DNA from: Nitrospirota bacterium
GTDB lineage: Bacteria; Nitrospirota; UBA9217
Assembly: GCA_963840455.1 (NCBI GenBank)
Contig: CAWIYV010000001.1
Coordinates: forward strand, 128,001 to 192,000
DNA: 64,000 nt
Reading direction: 5' to 3'
Positions 48,887-58,258 of this stretch are shown one piece after another. A model generated the notes under the pieces. That model saw nothing but the letters and a program-made list of their open reading frames with translations. It searched no databases and had not been told where the DNA came from. Each line of letters begins with the position of its first letter. Within the stretch, counting starts at the first letter, position 1. Position numbers and translations under genes: made by a program.

Positions 48887-50578
48887 CTACTTTTCCATCG
48901 TCAATATCTTGTCCAAGTTGATCTCGAACGCCGCGCAGGGCATGGTGATCTGCCGCCGCTCCAGGGCCTCCGGCCGCACCTCGCCCAGATGGCCGAGCTC
49001 CCGATCCCCTGCCATGACCCTGCCGCATCTCCCCTGCAGGAAGAGCGGATGCTCCGCAGGCTCCAGCGTGTACTCCACACCGAGATAGTAGAGCAGCACG
49101 TCGAGCGTCGAATGCATCTCCGAGAAATTGGCCGTCGGATGAGCAATGAGCGCGGCAAGGTTCAGGTCGGTCCGCGTCCCCATGTTCGTTCTCTGATCGA
49201 GGACGGCCACCTCCCCCACCTCGAAAGTCCGGTGAGGATAGAAGGCCTTGGAGCTCGCAGCCTCAACGTTCAGCAGCGACGGCAACACGCAGTTCCTGAG
49301 CACCGAGTATGCCAAGGACATGATATTATCCACCTCGACCAGTTTGTCGCCGGCGGCAAGCCCGTCGGCCATCTCTTCCTGTGAGCAGAGGATGTTGGAA
49401 ACGAACTCCTGGAAGCCCGCTCCGACCATGTGCCCCCGGACAGCATCGGACAGAAGCTCGATCCGCGACAGTCCGCCCACCGTGGACTGCTGCGGCATGA
49501 CGGCCTCGAAGGAGTCATAGCCCCTGCTGATGGCGTAATCCTCCACCATGTCCATGGCGTGCATGATATCGTCCCGATAGGGGGGATAGGTGATGGACAC
49601 CACTCCTTTTGAGGCTTTGACCTTGTGGCCATAGGAACTGAGCCGTTTGCCCAGCTCGGCCGCAGGGATGATCTCGCCCAGCGCAGCGTTGAACTTGGAC
49701 AGGGAGAGCCTGACCGTTCCCGACGTGTCATAGGGGCAGGTCACCGACCTTCCCATCTCCGTGGCGTAGGGATAAACGACCATCACCGGATCGATCTCGG
49801 CACCGCGGTCGTGGAAGTTCACGGCAAGGATGTTCAGCGTCAGCGCGACCATCCGCTGGTCCGTGCCGGTCACCTCGACCAGGACGTTCCGCGTGGTCGT
49901 CTTCACTTCGCCGATATCGGTGCTGTTGATGATGGGCGGGAAGGACAGCACGTGGTTCATGCTGTCGACCAGGACCGGGTATTTCGGAAAAGGCTTCACA
50001 ATGCTGCCATACTGGACGCCCTTGGGATGGCGCTCCAGTATCTGGCCGAGCGTCAGTTTTTCGTTCATGCCGAGGGGTGTGAACGCTATGGCATCGGGAC
50101 CTGCAAGCTTATAGTCCACGGGGAAGGTGATCTTGTCCATCTCATAGATGCCGATGGAGACCGTGCTCCGCTTCCTGCCGAATATCTCCGAGAGCTTGTC
50201 CTGGCTCTGGATCATCTGCGCGAGGACATCATCGTTCATCCGGATGTCGAAGGCGATGCAGGCAGCGATGTAGGGCCGTACCGCCTTCATTTCCTTCGCG
50301 ACCTTGATGGTCCGCGTTGCCTTGTGGCCCGGTTTGAAGAAGGCATACTCTTCGGGCTTGCCCGAGAGCGCGATACGGACCTGGCGGGCCACGCCTTCGG
50401 CGCACCACAGGTCGGGCCGGTTGCTGTCCGACAGCTCCACCTTCAGGTCGTCCGTATCGGCGCTGTACTCCTTCAGTTCCGCCTTGGCGAGCATGAGCAG
50501 CTTCTCTAATGCGGCGATGTTGAGCTTCTTGCCGATGAGACCGTCGAGGTCCTTCTTTTTAATGTCTATGGTAGGCAT
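48887..50578 (-). CDS. pheT: Phenylalanine--tRNA ligase beta subunit, archaeal/eukaryotic-type
   Basis: 563 aa; MPTI start, NRPDL, LSFPPIINS and R.DIMH..D..ED motifs; lacks the bacterial OB-fold insert and the C-terminal anticodon-binding domain. Confidence 0.9.
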   Translation of the reverse strand: MPTIDIKKKDLDGLIGKKLNIAALEKLLMLAKAELKEYSADTDDLKVELSDSNRPDLWCAEGVARQVRIALSGKPEEYAFFKPGHKATRTIKVAKEMKAVRPYIAACIAFDIRMNDDVLAQMIQSQDKLSEIFGRKRSTVSIGIYEMDKITFPVDYKLAGPDAIAFTPLGMNEKLTLGQILERHPKGVQYGSIVKPFPKYPVLVDSMNHVLSFPPIINSTDIGEVKTTTRNVLVEVTGTDQRMVALTLNILAVNFHDRGAEIDPVMVVYPYATEMGRSVTCPYDTSGTVRLSLSKFNAALGEIIPAAELGKRLSSYGHKVKASKGVVSITYPPYRDDIMHAMDMVEDYAISRGYDSFEAVMPQQSTVGGLSRIELLSDAVRGHMVGAGFQEFVSNILCSQEEMADGLAAGDKLVEVDNIMSLAYSVLRNCVLPSLLNVEAASSKAFYPHRTFEVGEVAVLDQRTNMGTRTDLNLAALIAHPTANFSEMHSTLDVLLYYLGVEYTLEPAEHPLFLQGRCGRVMAGDRELGHLGEVRPEALERRQITMPCAAFEINLDKILTMEK

Positions 50579-50603
50579 GGTAGATTAGTTCTTAATGCGT
50601 TTT

Positions 50604-50675
50604 ACCGCAGAGATCGCTGAGACCGCAAAGTTCTGATCCCTGCTTTTTCTCAGCGCCCTCTGCGCACTCTGCGGT
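50604..50675. repeat. Inverted nonamer-repeat element, second copy
   Basis: ACCGCAGAGATCGCTGAGACCGCAAAG ... CTCAGCGCCCTCTGCGCACTCTGCGGT between pheS and pheT. Confidence 0.7.
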
Positions 50676-50681
50676 GCACAT

Positions 50682-52258
50682 TTATTTGTTCAATTGTATT
50701 TTTTTGGTTCGGACAAAATCCAGGTCCGTCGAGAACAGGTCGCGGATGTCCTTAATGCCCAGCGCGATCATGGCCATCCGGTCCAGACCCAATCCCCAGG
50801 CGATCACCGGGACATCAACGCCGAGGGGCAGCGTCACTTCAGGCCGGAAGAGGCCCGCGCCGCCCAGCTCCATCCACCCGAGCTCGGGATGCTTCACGTG
50901 AAGCTCGACCGACGGCTCGGTGAAGGGGAAATAGGCCGGTCGGAACTGGAACTCCTTCGCCTTGGCGATCTCCTGTCCGAAGAGCTTGAGCAATCCCAGC
51001 AGAATCCGAAAATTGATATCTGTTCCCAGCACGATCCCTTCCACCTGGTTGAAGTCCGGTGCATGGGTCGCGTCGACCGCATCGTACCGGAAACAGCGTG
51101 CGATGGAGAAGTACTTGCCCGGCACCTTCGGGCCGGATGCGAGCGTCCGCGCGGAAACAGCCGTACCCTGGCTCCGCAGGATCAGGCGCTTGGCGCGCTC
51201 TATATCGAAAGCGTAGCGCCAGCCGCTGGAGCCGGTCTTTCCGCCGTCCTTGTGCGCGCTAGCGACCTGTTTTCCGAAAGGCGCCTCGATCTCCTTGCAC
51301 GACGACGGCTCCTTCACAAAGTAGACATCGTGGATGTTCCGGGCCGGATGGAACTGGGGCATGAACAGCGCGTCCATGTCCCAGAACTCGTTCTCCACCA
51401 GGGGGCCGCGCATCTCCTCGAAGCCCATGCTGACGAACTGATACTTGACGAAGTCGAGGAACTCGCGGTAGGGATGCTTCCTGCCGATGCTGGCGCGCGG
51501 CGGACTGAGTGAGATGTTGTAAGCGCGGAACCGGACGTTCTTCCAGCTCCCCTGCTTCAACATCTCCGGCGTAAGGGCTGACGCCTCTTCGGTCACCGCG
51601 CCCCGCACTTGCACGAGATGCAGGGCCTCTTTGCCGTCTGCAGTGAGGCTGTAGATGCGGTCCTTCTTCTCGGTGATGCGGAAGATGCCCTTCCCCTTGC
51701 CGCGTTTATGGAAGTTGTCCTTTATGACCGTTTGTTTCTGTTCCGGGGAATGTTGAGAGAACGACCGATGCACCTCCTGTTTCATCGGATCACTTCCAGA
51801 AGCAAATCATAGGATGCTGTAGTTCGCCTCAGGATTCAGCTCGAAAACACCCCCCTGGACTATCCGAATAACATTGTTCGACTTTCAGCGAGCCCGATTG
51901 CAGAGCTCACCTCCGACGGATCGATGCCCCATGAACTGGATGATATCCTTTGACCGTGAACTTTTTACCCTCACGCAGCGCTGCGATGATTCGCTGTTTC
52001 CGGTGTACCCTTATCCTTGTACTCAGTACCGGTCTCGGTCAGGGAGACTTCGGTTACGGTGACCGTCTCTCCGGTCACGGCGAGCAGCCCCTTGGAGGTC
52101 AGCCATCCGGCGGCCATGTCCAGGCGCGACTCGTCAAGGCCTGAGACGGCCATGATGCCGGAAGCCGAAAGGCTCTCCGACCGCGAGAAGCTCAGGAGGA
52201 GCTTGTTCTCGAGAGGATGGAAGCTTGAGATGAGCTTGTTCAGTTCCGATGGTGTCAT
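50682..52258 (-). CDS. pheS: Phenylalanine--tRNA ligase alpha subunit, archaeal-type; reading frame broken by several indels at ~51740-52000 (probably assembly errors)
   Basis: N-terminal ORF (HPLE..LTETG.EY...GTPE) plus C-terminal ORF (DALFMPQFHPAR, FRYDAVDATH, YFPFTEPS, AWGLGLDR); the intervening sequence reads sensibly only after removing single extra bases. Confidence 0.85.
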
Positions 52259-52314
52259 AGAAAAAAGACGCTCTATGCCTTGTCCTAAACGAGTGAAAAC
52301 GGCACGAGCAGCAA

Positions 52315-52427
52315 TTGAAGTTCCCCGCAGCAGCTGCAGGGAATCTCGATCCTCAGGGAATAAAGTTTATTCTAATCGCTCGCTAACCCCGCAGAAAGCC
52401 GCGGGGAATGCGCTCGTTCCTGGATTC
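52315..52427 (+). repeat. Dispersed ~115-bp two-hairpin element, copy 6 (in the pheS leader)
   Basis: TTGAAGTTCCCCGCAGCAGCTGCAGGGAATC...CCCCGCAGAAAGCCGCGGGGAATGCGCTCGTTCCTGGATTC. Confidence 0.88.
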
Positions 52428-52513
52428 ACGTGGGGCTAAGATTACTGATAATACAGGGGTTTGTCAAGGGAAAAGCCGTTGACTGAGGCGCCCTTCTGTG
52501 TTACTGTTCCGTC

Positions 52514-52924
52514 ATGGCGACCAACAAGATACGACCAAGGCTGGTGCACACCATTGTGTGCGACGATGTGCGTCAGGAAACGGGCGGGAAGTTCAGCCTT
52601 ATGGGTTTGTTCGAGACCATCTCGGCCGGGATATTCCCCGCCCTCCACCCGCGCTTCGCGATCATAAACGAATGGTCGGGCGGTCGGGGAGAGTTCCTGG
52701 CGAAGATCAAGCTCCTTGCGCCTGACCGGAGAACGGTCTTGTCCGAGTCGGAGGCGAAATTTACGCTCTTCAATGACACACAGCGGCACCGGGACATCTC
52801 GATCCGCTTCAACACTTCTTTCCCGGCGCCCGGGACCTACTGGCTTGAGATGCTGCTGGACAACGACCAGGTCGCCATGGTCCCCCTTCCCGTAGAGCAG
52901 GTGAGCCAGCAGACGGTGCATTAA
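52514..52924 (+). CDS. Conserved hypothetical protein (CDDVR.E..GK.SL.G.F type, DUF6941-like)
   Basis: 136-aa ORF with CDDVRQETGGKFSLMGLF and FPAPGTY; TTGACT-N17-TACTGT promoter-like motif upstream. Confidence 0.7.
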   Translation: MATNKIRPRLVHTIVCDDVRQETGGKFSLMGLFETISAGIFPALHPRFAIINEWSGGRGEFLAKIKLLAPDRRTVLSESEAKFTLFNDTQRHRDISIRFNTSFPAPGTYWLEMLLDNDQVAMVPLPVEQVSQQTVH

Positions 52925-53015
52925 TGCCAGGTAGAACAATAAGGTGGATGGGATAAGGTTCTTCCCCTTGTTCGTTTTACCTTCTTCCTTTTACCTTTCA
53001 CCGTCTACCGTTTTT

Positions 53016-53714
53016 TCACTCCGTCGTGATGAACCCGTCGATCCCTTCCTTGCTCTTCAGCTCCTTTGCCAGCTTTTCCGCTGACTGCCTGTTCGCAAAG
53101 CTCCCTACACGTACGCGGTACCACTTTCCCTTTTCCGGGATCTCGCTGGCCACGAGGAACGCGGCGTAACCGCGTTTCTTCATGTTCTTTGTTTCCTCCT
53201 CAGCCATGGCCTTGTCGGGATAGGACCCCACCTGGATCGTATACCGGACCTTCGACGGCGGCGTCTGCTTCGCGACCGCAGATTCCTTCGGAGCAGGAGC
53301 CGGCGGGCGCTGTGCCTTGGCCGTCTGCTGGACCGCCGGTTTGGCTGCGGTCTTCTCGGCCCTTGCCTCGGGGGCTTTTGCCGTTTCCTGCTGCTTCGGC
53401 TTCGTTTCGGCGGCAGGAACGGCATTCTCCTTTTTCGAAGGAGCGGCCTCCTCCGGTCTCTGCTTCGGCTTCAGGTCGATGGATACCGTCTTTTCACCTT
53501 TTTCGGTCAGCGTCTTGTAGAAGGTAAACTCCTCCTTCTTGGGCAAATACTGCGAGACTACCTCGGGGAGGGCAGCCGGTTTCTCGTTCGATGCCGTCTT
53601 TTTGCCCTGGTCCCGCCCCATGTAGTAACCCAGGGAGAAGACGCCGATGATCACCACAACGCCCACCGGGATGATGAATATCTTTGATATGATGCCGCCC
53701 CGTTGATCAAGCAT
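53016..53714 (-). CDS. SPOR-domain cell-division protein (FtsN/DedD-like)
   Basis: Single TM helix, FTFYKTL, charged linker, YTIQVGSY...WYRVRVGSF SPOR domain. Confidence 0.85.
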   Translation of the reverse strand: MLDQRGGIISKIFIIPVGVVVIIGVFSLGYYMGRDQGKKTASNEKPAALPEVVSQYLPKKEEFTFYKTLTEKGEKTVSIDLKPKQRPEEAAPSKKENAVPAAETKPKQQETAKAPEARAEKTAAKPAVQQTAKAQRPPAPAPKESAVAKQTPPSKVRYTIQVGSYPDKAMAEEETKNMKKRGYAAFLVASEIPEKGKWYRVRVGSFANRQSAEKLAKELKSKEGIDGFITTE

Positions 53715-53755
53715 TACGGACTCCGTTCGAATGGAAAGCTGCACGACAGAGATAG

Positions 53756-54799
53756 CTACAGAATGAGCATCGCATCGCCATAGCTGAAGAACCGGTAACG
53801 TTGCCTGACGGCCTCGCGGTACGCGGTCAGGACATTCTCCCTCCCCGCGAACGCGGCGACAAGCATGAGCAGCGTCGACTTCGGCAGATGGAAGTTCGTG
53901 ACCATGCCATTCACGACGTTGAAACGGTACCCTGGCGTAATGAACAGTTCCGAGGAACCCGCGCCGCCATGGACCTTCCCGTCGGTCCGTGCCGCGGTCT
54001 CCAGCGCTCGCACACTGGTAGTGCCCACCGCTATGATCCGCCGCCCTTCCGATCTTGCCCGGTTGACCTGTTCGGCCGTACCCGCCGGGATATCGTATCG
54101 CTCGGCATGCATCCGGTGTCTCGCGATGTCCTCGGTCCGCACGGGTTGGAACGTTCCCGGCCCCACATGGAGGGTAACCATGGCCGTACCGATCCCCCGG
54201 TCTCGCATCCACTGGAGGAGTTCACCCGTAAAATGCAGCCCCGCCGTCGGCGCAGCCACAGCACCTTCCCTGCTCGCGTATACGGTCTGGTACCGATCAC
54301 GGTCTTCGGCAACGGGTTCACGCTTGATGTACGGCGGGAGCGGCGTCCTGCCCAGGTCGTCGAGCCTCGCCCTGATGTCCGTTACCCCATGGAAGCGCAC
54401 GAGCCGGATGCCGTCTCCTGCCTCAGATAACACTTCTGCCTCGATGTCTGGCGCGACGAAAACCGTCTTCCCGGCGTCAACCCCGCCCTTGACCAGGGCT
54501 TGCCAAAGGTTGATCGCCTTTTCCTCGATCAGGAACAACTCGGCCTTGCCGCCTCCCGCCTTCCGGGCCTGCAACCGGCAGGGGAAGACCTTCGTATCGT
54601 TCAGGACAAGGAGGTCACCCGGAACAAGATATGCTCCAAAATCCGAGAACACCCGGTGAACAACGGCTCCGGTCTGACGGTCCAGGACCAGGAGCCGGGA
54701 CCGGTCGCGGTCCTCCGCTGGCGCCTGGGCGATGAGCTCTTCGGGGAGGTCAAAATCGAAATCAGACAGACGGAGATGTTCCGATACCGGTGACGTCAT
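53756..54799 (-). CDS. queA: S-adenosylmethionine:tRNA ribosyltransferase-isomerase
   Basis: DFDFDLPEELIAQ, AAPTAGLHF, LHVGPGTF, TNFHLP and FFSYGDAM motifs. Confidence 0.96.
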   Translation of the reverse strand: MTSPVSEHLRLSDFDFDLPEELIAQAPAEDRDRSRLLVLDRQTGAVVHRVFSDFGAYLVPGDLLVLNDTKVFPCRLQARKAGGGKAELFLIEEKAINLWQALVKGGVDAGKTVFVAPDIEAEVLSEAGDGIRLVRFHGVTDIRARLDDLGRTPLPPYIKREPVAEDRDRYQTVYASREGAVAAPTAGLHFTGELLQWMRDRGIGTAMVTLHVGPGTFQPVRTEDIARHRMHAERYDIPAGTAEQVNRARSEGRRIIAVGTTSVRALETAARTDGKVHGGAGSSELFITPGYRFNVVNGMVTNFHLPKSTLLMLVAAFAGRENVLTAYREAVRQRYRFFSYGDAMLIL

Positions 54800-54922
54800 G
54801 GCGAATAGTACCACAACATACCGGTGTGATAAAGAGAAATCATTTTTCCAGAACAGGATCCGTGAAAAAGGCGCTGAGAGCAACAGGAGCAGTGACAAAG
54901 AGGAAAAGCTGTTCGGAAGGGA

Positions 54923-56050
54923 TCACTCCAGCGACCGTCTCCAGCCCCGTTCGAAATCCGCATAGGAGACAAGAAGAGCGTTGTCGATCGAAGTAGCGGT
55001 ATCGGCGCCGTTCGACAGTTCCTCCAGCACCATCTTGATCCGGTACATGCCGAAATGGTCGGCCATGTGGCGCACGACGGAAAGGCTGACCAGGTACGCG
55101 TAGGCCGCCTGGGGACCGGTCAGCCCCATGAACGAACCCTCAAGTGCCGCGAGGTCCGGAAGCTTACCCGCCTGCGCATGCTGACGGAGCATTTCCTTCT
55201 GGCGGGAACCGATCTCCCTCCCCTCGAAATACTGCGCGAGCCCTTCGTTGAGCCAGGTGGGAACACGCCGGGTGATGGTACGGACCGCTGCATGAGTGTA
55301 TTCATGGACCAGCAGCTTCCGGAGTCCCGGCGTTTCCTGCTCGATGCCGCCGATAGGGATGCGGATCTTGCCGTCGTAGATGCCGCCGCTCCAGCCGGGA
55401 GCATCGGTCACCTCCTGGAACTGCTGGTTCGTGTAGAGGATAACGGCGATCTCCTGGTCCGGGTAGTACGATAGGGCCCGGCCAACCTCACCGTAAGCAT
55501 CCTCGAGGATCCGGAGGACGATCCTGCCTGCCTCGATCTTCTCCCTTCCCTCATACTTGATGGAGAAATGGCTTGTGACGTCCCGGTTGAAGTCCTTCTC
55601 CGTCCGGTGCTCCCGGCGGATCCGCTCCAGCCGCGAATTGAGTGCTGCATCGGACGGGTCGATCTCGAGCGCCTTTTCCCAGTTGGCCACGGCGGCGCCG
55701 AGATCGTCCCTCCGGTATGCCAGGTCGCCGAGCACCTGATAGGCGGTCTTGTCGCGGGGCTTGAGCTCGATGGCGCGCTCGAGCTCCCGTTCCGCTGCCC
55801 GGTCGTCCTTGAGATGGAAATTGGCTATTCCCAGTCCGAGATGCGCTGCCGAATCAGTATCGACGTACCGAAGCGCTTCCTCGAAGGCGTCGCGCGCTCC
55901 TCGATGGTCGCCCTGCTGGAGACGCGCCAAGCCTGCCGCGACCAGCCGCCGGTAGGTGTTTATCTCCGCGGACTGCGCATGTGCAAAGGATACCCAGGAG
56001 AGAAGGAGCGATCCGATAAGAATTGCAGGCCGTAGGTAGTGTTTAAACAT
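54923..56050 (-). CDS. Secreted TPR-repeat peptidase MA-like metalloprotease
   Basis: Signal peptide, TPR repeats, HEYTH..WLNEGLA gluzincin motif. Confidence 0.85.
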   Translation of the reverse strand: MFKHYLRPAILIGSLLLSWVSFAHAQSAEINTYRRLVAAGLARLQQGDHRGARDAFEEALRYVDTDSAAHLGLGIANFHLKDDRAAERELERAIELKPRDKTAYQVLGDLAYRRDDLGAAVANWEKALEIDPSDAALNSRLERIRREHRTEKDFNRDVTSHFSIKYEGREKIEAGRIVLRILEDAYGEVGRALSYYPDQEIAVILYTNQQFQEVTDAPGWSGGIYDGKIRIPIGGIEQETPGLRKLLVHEYTHAAVRTITRRVPTWLNEGLAQYFEGREIGSRQKEMLRQHAQAGKLPDLAALEGSFMGLTGPQAAYAYLVSLSVVRHMADHFGMYRIKMVLEELSNGADTATSIDNALLVSYADFERGWRRSLE

Positions 56051-56089
56051 TTTTTCGCTGAAGGCTGGAGGTTATTCCTGGTTCCTGAC

Positions 56090-56494
56090 CTAATCCTTCA
56101 TCACCTTCACGAATACCCTGCGGTCCCGTGGTCCGTCGAACTCGCAGTAGAAAATGGCCTGCCAGGTCCCGAGCGCAAGCCTGCCCTCCTCGACCATGAC
56201 CGCCTTGGACACCCCCACGATGGTGGACTTGATGTGGGCAGCAGAATTGCCTTCGTTATGGCTGTACTGGTCGTCGAAAGGGATCACCTTGTTCAGTTCC
56301 TTAAGGATGTCCCGCCCCACATTGGGGTCCGTGTTCTCGTTGACGGTGATGCCCGAGGTCGTGTGCGGCACATAGACGTAGCAAATACCGGAGCGGATGC
56401 CGCTTTCGGTAACGAGCCGCTGAATGCCCTGGGTGATATCGACCAGTTCGGTCCTCGATTTGGTCTGCACGCGCAACTGTCTGATCATGAGCAT
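56090..56494 (-). CDS. yjbQ: YjbQ/UPF0047 family protein
   Basis: PHTT, NEN.DP, H.EGNS.AH.K and LGTWQ..EFDG motifs. Confidence 0.9.
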   Translation of the reverse strand: MLMIRQLRVQTKSRTELVDITQGIQRLVTESGIRSGICYVYVPHTTSGITVNENTDPNVGRDILKELNKVIPFDDQYSHNEGNSAAHIKSTIVGVSKAVMVEEGRLALGTWQAIFYCEFDGPRDRRVFVKVMKD

Positions 56495-56566
56495 CTCTCC
56501 GCAATGGTTGCATTAAGGGTAAGATCCTGACTCCCGACCCCTGCTAACGGTCTCCCGGCTTGTTTC

Positions 56567-58207
56567 CTATCCTCCTACGACAAACGATTCTTCCCTGCCG
56601 CGGCTCCTCACATCCTCGAAGATGGGATAGACGATGTGGGTGATGAGCGAGTTGATGCGGGCATAATTCCCGATCGTGTCCAGATGGATGTGGCTGGTCT
56701 CCATGGATTCCCGGAGCCCCTTGCGCAACCGCTCCAGGTGCGCCTGGACCAGCTCCCGTTCCAGCTCCTCCAGTTCTTCCTTGTTCCGGAGCACCCGCCT
56801 GCCGAGATCGCGGTCATTGCCGGTGAACGCGGAAAGGGACATATCGAAGTTCTCCACGAGCTTCTTGTGGTAGCCGATGATCTCGTTCATGCCCTCCTCG
56901 GAGAACATGAGACCTTTCGTGATGCGTTTGGTCGCCAGGGGCATGATGTTGCGGTCGATGATGTCGCCGACGCTTTCCAGGTCGCGGCTCGCTTCGAGGA
57001 GTCCCACGGCGCGCCGGGAATGGATCTCGGTCAGGGTCGATGACGACAGGCGGGTGAGGTACAGCCTGATCTGCCGGTCCAGCATGTCCACAAGGTTGTC
57101 CTTGTCCCGGATGGCGGCGATGAGCCCCGGATCGTCAACCTGGAAGACCTTGATGGAGTCGATGAGCATCTCGCGGACGATATCGGATTCTCGGAGCGTC
57201 TCGCGCGTCGCCTGGCCCAGCGCCAGGGACGGCGTTCCGAGTACATGGTCATCGAGGTACTTGGGGCCGAACTTCTTCTCTTCCGGCGACTCCGGGACCA
57301 GTTTGACCAGCAGCTTCGAGAACAGCCCGAGGAACGGGAGGAAGCATACTGCCATGATGACATTGAACAGGGTATGGGCGTTCGCGATCTGCCGTGTAAG
57401 CTCGGTCCCCGTACCGGCGACCAGGTGTTCGAAGAGCGGCAGGAAGGGCAGCATGAGCAGGACGCCAAGCAACTTGAAAATGGTGTGGGCCCAGGCCACG
57501 CGGCGCGCTTCCGCAGGAGCGCGCATGCTCGCCATGAGCGCCGTGGAGCACGTGCCGATGTTGGCCCCGAGAACGATGTGAATGGCCCCGTCGAGCGGGA
57601 TCAGCCCGTGCACGGCAAGGGCAAGGGCGATCCCGATGGTGGCCGCGCTGCTGTGGATCAGCGCCGTGAAGGCCGCTGATATAAGGATGCCCGTGAACGG
57701 CGCACCCACGAGCGCTACGAGCACCTCCTTGAAGAGAGCGCTCTCCTGCAGGGGGGCCAGGGCCTCAGACATGATGCGGATGGCCATAAACACGAAGCCG
57801 AAGCCCAGCAATCCGTTCCCGATGGTCTTCAGGTGATGGCGCTTTGCGAAGAAGAGGATGCACAGGCCGAGGCCGATGAGAAGGACCGCGTAGTCGGCGA
57901 CGTGGAACGCGATGAGCTGGACCGTGAGCGTGGCGCCGATGTCGGCCCCCAGGATCACGGCCAGGGTCTGACGGAAGCTCATCAGGCCGGCACTCACGAA
58001 TCCGACGAGCATGACCGACGTTGCGCTGCTGGACTGAATGAGACCGGTGATGAACGCCCCTGCCCCGACAGCGGTCAGCCGGTTGCTCGTGAGCGACCTC
58101 AGGAGGAAGCGGATGCGGGGGCCCGCGGCGTTCTGGAGGCCGTCGTTCACCAGCTTGATGCCGTACAGGAGCAGCAGCACGCCACCGAAGAGGTTCAGAT
58201 AGATCAT
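56567..58207 (-). CDS. Na/Pi cotransporter family protein with PhoU-like C-terminus
   Basis: QSSSAT, GADIG, HSSAAT, GANIGT and IANAHTLFN motifs; helical cytoplasmic tail. Confidence 0.9.
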   Translation of the reverse strand: MIYLNLFGGVLLLLYGIKLVNDGLQNAAGPRIRFLLRSLTSNRLTAVGAGAFITGLIQSSSATSVMLVGFVSAGLMSFRQTLAVILGADIGATLTVQLIAFHVADYAVLLIGLGLCILFFAKRHHLKTIGNGLLGFGFVFMAIRIMSEALAPLQESALFKEVLVALVGAPFTGILISAAFTALIHSSAATIGIALALAVHGLIPLDGAIHIVLGANIGTCSTALMASMRAPAEARRVAWAHTIFKLLGVLLMLPFLPLFEHLVAGTGTELTRQIANAHTLFNVIMAVCFLPFLGLFSKLLVKLVPESPEEKKFGPKYLDDHVLGTPSLALGQATRETLRESDIVREMLIDSIKVFQVDDPGLIAAIRDKDNLVDMLDRQIRLYLTRLSSSTLTEIHSRRAVGLLEASRDLESVGDIIDRNIMPLATKRITKGLMFSEEGMNEIIGYHKKLVENFDMSLSAFTGNDRDLGRRVLRNKEELEELERELVQAHLERLRKGLRESMETSHIHLDTIGNYARINSLITHIVYPIFEDVRSRGREESFVVGG

Positions 58208-58258
58208 AGGCCTATACTATATCCGCATTTCTCTGTTTCCGTCAAATGGAAACTTGTC

